DNA of 64,000 nt from the NCBI GenBank assembly GCA_951406725.2, contig OX597826.1, positions 17,980,001-18,044,000 of the forward strand, in the 5' to 3' direction. Both the position numbers and the translations under genes were made by a program. This document shows, one piece after another, positions 55,503-64,000 of this stretch. The stretch is from Octopus vulgaris (lineage: Eukaryota). The first letter of the stretch is position 1. Every line of letters starts with the position of its first letter. A model generated the notes under the pieces. The model made no database searches. It was not told where the DNA came from and saw only the letters and a list, made by a program, of their open reading frames with translations.

Positions 55503-55622
55503 CTTTACAAGAATGTCCTTTTGAATCAAGAGTGTAACCTTTTTCACATTTACAGAAATAGCTGCCAGGAGTATTGATACACTGGTGGTCACATTTATTA
55601 TTCTTCTCACATTCATTGATAT
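55503..55622 (-). CDS. Host gene exon (first seen in window): calcium-binding EGF domain
   Basis: CTAG acceptor, GTAAGT donor, 120 nt, phase 1-1. Encodes DINECEKNNKCDHQCINTPGSYFCKCEKGYTLDSKGHSCK (cbEGF consensus). Confidence 0.93.
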
Positions 55623-55837
55623 CTAGAATTTTACAAAAACTCCTGTTATAAATACTATCACATAAAGGATAGCGAGAAACATGTATCCTGCTCCCATACA
55701 CCCAGGCAAATGTGAATGAACCATGTGATGTGTAATGTTGATATGGATGAATAACAAGAGTGCAGATGAGTTGAGTGGAAAACTGGATAGAAGAGGAATA
55801 AGATACTGTGTGCAAGAGAGAAGCCTGTGCTAATACA

Positions 55838-56054
55838 TATTTCTTTATTGCCCACAAGGGGCTAAACATAGAGGGGACAAATGGATTAAGTCGATTATAT
55901 CGATCCCAGTTCATAACTGGTACTTTATTTATCGACCCTGAAGGGATGAAAGGCAAAGTCGACCTCGGCGGAATTTGAACTCAGAACATAACAGCAGACG
56001 AAATACCGCTAAGCATTTCGCCCGGCGTGCTAACGATTCTGCCAGTCCGCCACC
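55838..56054 (-). mobile_element. Young tRNA-derived SINE with TSD (related copies at about 700-915, 3720-3870, 15960-16155, 21255-21385, 30730-30935)
   Basis: Head GGTGGCGGACTGGCAGAATCGTTAGC, B box GAGTTCAAATTCC, core GCCTTTCATCCCTTCAGGGTCGATAAA; direct repeat CCTGTGCTAATACA at 55824-55837 and 56053-56066. Confidence 0.85.
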
Positions 56055-57214
56055 TGTGCTAATACAGACATGTGATACATATAGAGGAGGATATCTGTAT
56101 GAAAAATCCTGTGTGATTAAACTGAATTGAGTCCATTGAAAGCTTAGGACAAAGAGAGGAAAATTGCAAAATGTTGCACCTGACAAAGAAAGGACAAAGG
56201 ATGATGTTAGGTGGCAACAGAGAGTGCTGGAGAAGAGCCAACTTCCTCTGCAAGTACAGTGAATTGAACATAAAAAATTGTGGTAGTGATGAAGGTGAGA
56301 GACCTGTGTGTATGCGTGTGAGTGAGCATGTATACAAATATGAAACAAGAAGAGCAAGTGATAGACGAACTGAAAGGTGAATGATAAGTGTGTTAGAGGG
56401 GTGTAAGGCTATAACGAAATTCAAAGATGTTGCTTTGACAGTCTGTGTTTATATCATCAACAGGATCTTCATTTAAGATCCATTTTTTTATGCTGGTATG
56501 GGTTAGAATGTTTAACAGGAGTTGGCAAGCCAGAGGACAGTGCCTAGCACCACTGATTTGGTCTCTGTGACTGGATACCCTTCCTAACACCAGCCATTTT
56601 ACAGAGTGGATATTTTCCCTTTTACATAGCACCAGCACCAGCAGGGTCACCAAGTAACTTGCAAGACAAAGAGATCTTGACCGGGGGGGGGGGGGCAATT
56701 GTATTGAGGGAGGTGGTTTTGCATCTGTTGATGAAAGGTTACAGTATAATAGGGGATAGAGGCAGGTGTGATGCTGTCGAAGAAATACATAGCTATCCTA
56801 TTTGGAGAGAGAAAGATAGAGAGGGTGTGTGTGTGTGTGTGTGTGTGTGAGATAATACATGTGAAAACAGTAGTGAGAACTACTATCATCCTAAGTCAGA
56901 ATAGAACCACTGATACCAGGAAGAAGTGAGTGAAATATTAATAATAGAGGCATATAGGTGGCAGGGAGCAGATAAGAGAGGAGTGACAAGGACATGAGTG
57001 ACTGGTATGGGCAATAAATGGATGAGTAATAGAAATGAGAGATGCAAAAAAGAGCTAGAGGAGCAAATATATATGGGTGTTAAAGGGTTAAGAGGCTATC
57101 AAGGAGTCAATGATGTAGAGTAGACAGTTGACAGCTGTACACTTATACTTATGTGCACAAGTTACACTCATACATAAGTCTAGTAATGCATGCCTATATA
57201 TGCATGTGTGTGTG

Positions 57215-57369
<155 letters not shown>

Positions 57370-58559
57370 ATAAACATATATATAATATAAATTTTTATGC
57401 CTGTTTCACCATGCTTGGGCAGGTGGGCATGTCTTCTCTAATCCATCATACTGTCAGTTGATGTTGTCCTTTGCTATATACTTCATGAGGTGTAACAGCT
57501 TCTGCTCTTCTACCTCCACAACTTCTTCCCAATTTATCCCCACTTAAACATGGATATTCTGTTAGAACAAACTATACTGTAGTAGTTACCACGAGAGAAA
57601 CTGATATTGGCTTTTGGAGCAGCAACTCATCTCCTCATCAATGTTTTATTGTAAAACAGTGCCAGAACAAATCCTGGTATCTTGATTAGCCAGTGAGCCT
57701 GTAGAAAAGAAGTCATTTTAAGTCTCCCTCTTCCCTATATTTCAAGCTGTTGTTTGTTGTTTGTTCCTTCTCAAGCCACACCTGGTTCTTAGGGCCGGTT
57801 TCCCAGTTTCCTTGGCATATAGGTTCCCCAACTGGACGGGACGCCAGTCCATCCTAGGTGAGCTGCCAGATGCAGGAGGAAAGAGTGAGAAAAAGTTGTG
57901 GCAAAAGAGTCAGCAGAAGTTTGCCATTACCTTCTGCTGGAGCCGCATGGAGCTTAGGTGTTTCACTCATAAACACACACATCGCCTGGTCTGAGATTTG
58001 AACCCGCAATCCCTTGACCACGAGTCCACTGCTCTAACCACTAGGCCATGTGCCTCCACATATATTTCAACTACACAGTACATATTTATACAACTATCCT
58101 CCTCCATCTACGTTAATGCCCATACCAATGCAGTCTTCTCTTTTGCACACCACACCTAATTCTTCATATCTGTTTCAGTAATTTGATTGTGGCCATACTG
58201 GGGCACTGTCTTGAAGGGTTTTAGTTGAGGAAATCGAACACAGGACTTATTTTTATAAGCCTAGTACTTATTCTATCAGTCTCTTTTGCCAAACCACTAA
58301 GTTACAGGGACATAAACATATCAACGCCAGTTGTCAAGTGGTAGTGGGAAACAAATGCAAACACAAAGACCAATATATACATATATTTATGACAGGCTTC
58401 TTTCGGTTTTTGTCTACCAAATCCTCTCACAAGAATTTGGTCAGCCCAAGGCTATAGTAGAAGACAGCTGACCAAAGTGCACAATAGGGATACATATTCT
58501 TACTAACCTTTGCTGATCTTGTGCATCCAAAACCCACATCTCCCCATCATGTAGCATTA

Positions 58560-59400
58560 TATTTTGCACACATGCAACATACTATCTGCCTTTCATGCTG
58601 ATGTAGACCTCCTGTTAGTTCTTACTCTGATTTCTATGTTCTCAACCACCTGCCTCACTAACTCGGCTACATTGATAACAGAAGCTATCAACAACTTGTA
58701 GAGCACTATCTGGACATTAACTTGAATCTATAATGCAAGTGCTCTCAGTTCTTACTTCCTCTATGCACTTGCTGCATGTAAAGTGTTCCTTCTTTGTTGG
58801 CTTGTCTGTGATCCCACTATCTCTCTTATATTTTCACAGCTTAAAGTGAATACACTTTTAGGAGTTCCTACCTTTTTTCCAGACACCACGAAGGTTATTT
58901 TCCTGATAGAAGCAGGTTTCTGTATTCTTTTTTACTTACCAATGCATTAGTTTTTGCTAGATTCACTTTGAAGTACCTTCATTCCAAGTTTTGCCTCCAC
59001 ATCTGGAATTTCTTTTCTAATTCTACAAAGATTCTGCTATAAGAGTTAGATCATCAGCATAAAGAAATTCCTATGGACAGTCATGATTTAAACTTCTCTG
59101 ATATGGCTTGGAGAACCATATTAAATGGAAGGAGGCTGAGGACTGAGCCCTGGTGTATCCTCATCTTCACTCTGAACTTAACACTGTACTTATCACTGAC
59201 CCTCATCTTATTGACTGCACCTTCAAATATGGCAAGCACAGCTTACACAAGCCATTTAGTGAGCAGGGAAACCCTATCAAGGACCTTTAGGTCAACAAAA
59301 GTCTGGCTAGCTTCAGTAATACTTGTCTGGTACAAAACCAAACTGCAAATTCTCTGTGATAAATATCTTTCTAATCAATTCTGCTATAACTCTGTCTGCA
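58560..59400 (-). mobile_element. Decayed RTE-like RT fragment
   Basis: FLYADDL at about 59065-59045, preceded by QGSVLS-like and VDL-x-x-x-DRV motifs. Confidence 0.65.
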
Positions 59401-61772
59401 ACCTTCATAATCTGGTCTAATCTGCAACCTTCATAATCTGGTCTAACAGTGTAACATCTCTGTAGTTTCCCCTCTCTAATCCATCACCTTTCCCACTGTC
59501 GCAGTTGATAATGATTTGGTCACACTAATTATTGGTATGACACCTTCCTGTTCCCACTGTTTTACTACACTCCATGAATGCATGCACACACACGTACATA
59601 CACACACACACGTGCCCCATACACACACACACATGTCCCCATACATACACACGTGCCTCCACCTTCCACATTCATACACACTTGCACACGAAAGTACAAA
59701 TGCTTAAACATACAACACATACATGTACACATTGACACACATATTGCATGCAGATAGATAGATATATATCTCAGTGAGTCAGGTAGATGGTGATATACTG
59801 AATTGTCAAATAACTTTAAATCAGTCATTTAGTTGGAGAGAGAAAGACTCCTAGCGGTAATTGTTAGAAACTCTGAAAGAGAAAACAAATAATTTCAAGA
59901 AATTTAACATAGGTGCAGGTGTGGCTGTGTGGTAAGAAGCTTGGTTCCCAACCACATGGTTCTAGTTTCAATCCCACAGCGTGGCACCTTGCATAAATGT
60001 CTTCTATTATAGACTTGGGTTGACCAAAGCCTTGTGAGTGGATTTGATAGACGGAAACTGAAAGAAGCCCATCATATATATATATGCATATATTTATGTG
60101 TGTATGTCTTTGTGTCTGTGTTTGTCTTGCCACCATTACTTGACAACCAATGTTGGTGTGTTTAAATCCCTGTAACTTAGCAGTTCAGCAAATGAGGCTG
60201 ATAGAATAAGTACTAGGCTTACAAAGATTTCTTTCTTTGACTAAAAACCGTTTAAGGTGGTGCTCTAACATGGCCACAATCAAATGACTGAAACAAGTAA
60301 AAGAGTAAGAGAGTGGTTTAGGTATTGAACAGAATTGATAACAGAAGCTATCAACAACTTGTAGAGAACTATCTGGGCATTAGCTTGAATCTAGAATGCA
60401 AGTGCTCTCAGTTCTTACTTCCTCTATGCACTTGCTGCATGTAAAGTGCTCCTTCTTTGTTGGCCTGTCTGTGATCCCACTTAAAGTGGATACACTTTTA
60501 GGAGTTCCTATCTACCTTTTTTCTAAACACCATGAAGGTTATTTTCCTGATAGAAGTAGGTTTCTGTTTTCTGGTGGTTTAGGCATTGAACAGAATACCT
60601 TGTGGTATTTGTTCTGGCTTTCTGTCAAGTGAAATCCCACCATAGTCAAATTTACAGATTTTTTTTGCCAGTTTAATTTGCTTAATTACAAAAAGCCAAG
60701 GGAACTAAACAAAGAAATAAGTACTTGGGTTGATAATTTCTAATAAAATTCAAGGCAGAGTGTCCCAGCACAAGTAAATGAAAGATAAAGATGCAAAATA
60801 TATATTTGCTGAAAATCTCTGTAAAATCTCTTTTTCTATTTGTAGCAGTCAAATGAAAAACAAATATGTCATAATCCCATGGCTCCAGGTTCAGTTCCAC
60901 TGCATGGTATGTTGGAGAAGTGTCTTCTACCACAGCCTTGGGTCACAGCTGCATAGACACAATATCTACATTTGAGAAGCCCTCCAAGCATGCCGTCCAA
61001 ACAAAGTAGCAAACCTTGATGGCACCTTTTCCATTATCCATCCTGTGTGCGTGCATGTGTGTGTGTGTGTGTGTGTTTATCTTGCTGGGTACCACCTTGA
61101 AGAATTCGTTTTAGTGGAATGAATTGACCCCAATACTTAATTTCAAGCCTGTTACTTATTCTACTAACATCTTTTGCTGAACTGCTAGGTTACAGGGACA
61201 TAAACACACCAACACTGGTTGTCAAGCAGTGGTGGTGAGGCAAACACAAAGACACCCACACATAGATACAGATATATATGATGGGCTTCTTTCAGTTTCC
61301 ATCTGTCGAATCCACTCACAAGGCTTTGGTTGGCCTGAGGCTACAGTAGGAGACACTTGCCCAAGCTAGTTTTTTGTTTAGTTTGTCCATCCTTCTGGAT
61401 ACTTGCAGTGATTTCACGCAAGCATGTCATTCCTCATGGTCCCCAATACATTGCCATTGGACTGTCCTCAAGCAAGTTGTTTCATAGGTTAGATGTTTTC
61501 TCCCCTTGTCGATTCTTCCTTCAACTGGTTACCATAACACCAGTTGACACCCTGCTTCTCCTGGGTACCTGACACAATGACCAGCAATTCTTATTCTTCT
61601 CTGCTTAATCTTCTCAGTCACTTTAGGTAGATCCTGATAAAGCTGTACGTTGGTTAAATGAACTTTCCACAGAACATTCTGAGCCACATTTAACATTTTT
61701 GTGTTGCAGTCATCTATTTGTTTTCAAGCTTTTTTGGTGAAGGTTCAAGTTTCAGAACTGTATAACAAAACC

Positions 61773-62510
61773 TGGGAGTTATTGCCGACAGCGATTTGCG
61801 TTGGACAAAACACATTGCTAAAATTGCCAAGAAGGCTGAGGGTGTCTTGGCATCACTCACCAAGTCCTTTATGAGCCACTCTCCGGCTATCTATCTGTGG
61901 CTTTATATAGCTATGGTATGACCTCACCTGGAATTTGCATCACCAGTCTGGAACCCCTATCTTGCCCAAGATATTAATAGTCTGGAAGCTGTTCAGCGAC
62001 GTGCAACCAAGAGAATACCCTCCATCAGGCATTTGCTATATTCTGAACGCCTTACTTCCCTGGGCCTGGACACATTGAAACTCCAACGTCTGGCAGCTGA
62101 CTTGGCAGACGCCCATAAAACTATTAACCATCTTACAAGCAATAACTCTGAACACCTTTTCAAACTCCACCTGTCTAACACCCATGGACATGTTTACAAA
62201 GTCAGAAAACAACACAGCTCCCATGACTTTCGGAAACATTTTTTCATGCTAAGTGTTGCTGAAGCATGGAACAGACTGCCGGCATCAGTTGTTAGTTGTC
62301 GGAGCACTGCATCCTTCAAACCTCCCATGCTTCCTGAGATTCGCCAACACTACACCTGATTTTCTCCCCTCCATACACACACAAGCATATATCTGACTCA
62401 TACACTGTTCGCTTTCCAGACATTTGTACATTACTGCATATACTTTATATGCACTTTTGACAAGTTGTGGTGCACCTGAGCACTGTAAACAATAATTTCA
62501 TTATTATTAT
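61773..62510 (+). mobile_element. CR1-clade LINE 3' end
   Basis: LGVIADSDLRW, HLEFASPVWNPY, LEAVQRRATK, YSERLTSLGLDTL, WNRLP; 3' UTR ending in (ATT)n. Confidence 0.88.
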
Positions 62511-63534
62511 TTTTAACTGTCTCATCTGTGGAGACAAACAATCTAATTTTCAAAGTGCCACACAGAAAGACTGAACCTGGAACTATATGGTTGAGAACCA
62601 AGCTTCTTACCACACAGCCACACCTGTGCCTATAATCATCAAACTTTCTCTCCACACACTTCTTCTACAGATATCAAACTCAATCTTTGGAAACACATAT
62701 CAATCCATTCCATCTCCAAACAGATGACCTCTTTAACTCTATTAACTAAATCTCTTCCAACATCTCAAAAATGATGAACTTGGTTAACAATCACATTTGT
62801 CATCATCTTTCTTTATCCGTAGTGTACCCTAAGAATGGCTTCATAGAGACAGATCAACAGGAGGCATATATCTCCTACCTTGTTCTCAAAACTGTGAAAG
62901 CAAAGCTACAGCATTTGAAAACAGCAAAGCCTTCAATGGTGTTCCAGGATAGTAATACTGCTAAACACATCTGTATCCCAGACTAAATCCAAAAGAAAGT
63001 CATTAGGCCACCTGGCATGTATTCAATCACCAACATGTTTCAACCATTCATAGCTGCATTGTTCACTCTCTCTCTGCTTCTTCTTAGATAACCCTGTTTT
63101 TTAAACTAGACATCTGCACTACATTTCCACCATCCTTTCATAGATCTCTTTCCACTATCTCCTTTACTGGTATCACTTAAAAAGATCCTTCAAAAATATT
63201 CTTCACTCAATTTTTCTTCCCCATAATTACAATTTTCTAGAAATATAGCCCAACTCACCTGTTTCCTATAGACATCACCCTACAAATGTTCATTTCAAAC
63301 AGCATCAATCGCATTAGGGTGAGAGTGGCCATCAAGGTTATAAGACAATGCCTTCCCTCCTCCTCCTCTCTCTATGTAAAAGCTAGATCTAACTGGTATG
63401 GCTAATTATTTAGGGATATATAATGGTGTAAGATGATGGCTTAACTGTAATGTGGTAATTGATATAAGAATTGCTTAGTGTCATAATATACCATAAACTT
63501 CAAATACAAATATCCTGTTATTATATGGTGATAC

Positions 63535-63929
63535 TCTCTTTACTCTTTACTCTTTTACTTGTTTCAGTCATTTGACTGCGGCCATGCTGGAGCACCGCCT
63601 TTAGTTGAGCAAATCGACCCCGGGACTTATTCTTTGTTCTATCGGTCTCTTTTTGCCGAACCGCTAAGTGATGGGGACGTAAACACACTAGTATCGGTTG
63701 TCAAGCAATGCTAGGGGGACAAACACAGACACACAAACACACAAACACACACACACACATATATACAACAGGCTTCTTTCAGTTTCCGTCTACCAAATCC
63801 ACTCACAAGGCGTTGGTCAGCCCGGGGCTACAGCAGAAGACACTTGCCCAAGATGCCACGCAGTAGGACTGAACCCGGAACCATGTGGTTGGTTAGCAAG
63901 CTACTTACCACACAGCCACTCCTGCGCCT
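63535..63929 (-). mobile_element. Most abundant tRNA-derived SINE of the window (further copies or fragments at about 3080, 4880, 9600-10180, 13060-13300, 18680-19025, 20310-20705, 34660-35030, 41295-41695, 58170-58480, 59910-60310, 61080-61365)
   Basis: A box TGGCTGTGTGG, B box GGTTCAGTCC, internal CA/TA microsatellite, (AAGAGTA)n tail. Confidence 0.9.
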
Positions 63930-64000
63930 ACTTTTCTTTTTTTTTTAATATGAAATCTTAAGTGAAGGAGCAGTAAAATAGTGAAGCTGATTTCCGGGTT

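Noticed and set aside
63860-63929. tRNA-like sequences with A and B boxes (many copies)
   Set aside because: They are SINE heads attached to SINE bodies and tails; no complete cloverleaf.

Overview
AT-rich, microsatellite-dense animal genomic DNA. The SINE, RTE and Penelope repeat content looks like an octopus (coleoid cephalopod) genome; this is an inference. One host gene is present. On the minus strand, 11 GT-AG exons (55622 down to the stop at 15058) splice into about 626 codons: cbEGF-CCP-cbEGF-CCP-CCP-CCP-HYR-HYR-CCP-ephrin-receptor-like (GCC2/GCC3) domain-stop. This is the C-terminal part of a probably secreted SVEP1/fibulin/Frac-like matrix protein; no further upstream exon was found in the window. 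Five of these exons are absent from the ORF track, and most ORF-track entries are microsatellite artefacts. The rest is transposon debris: a Penelope-like element with a GIY-YIG endonuclease and an inverted pseudo-LTR, a decayed Mag-type Ty3/Gypsy, R4/Dong, RTE and CR1 LINEs, mariners, Helitron pieces, MITEs and many tRNA-derived SINEs. The most notable signal is a set of sequence-unrelated, non-coding fold-back elements sitting in (TA)n tracts that carry type I hammerhead ribozyme motifs with palindromic stem III. Two have intact catalytic cores (8726-8789 +, 10696-10790 -). Two elements are circular permutations of about 535-nt and about 470-nt monomers. A related copy folds back a few nt from the predicted cleavage site, and three families have an ATG plus splice donor just upstream of the ribozyme. 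This suggests retrozyme-like or non-autonomous Penelope RNAs copied by a Penelope reverse transcriptase. All alignments and folds were done by eye.
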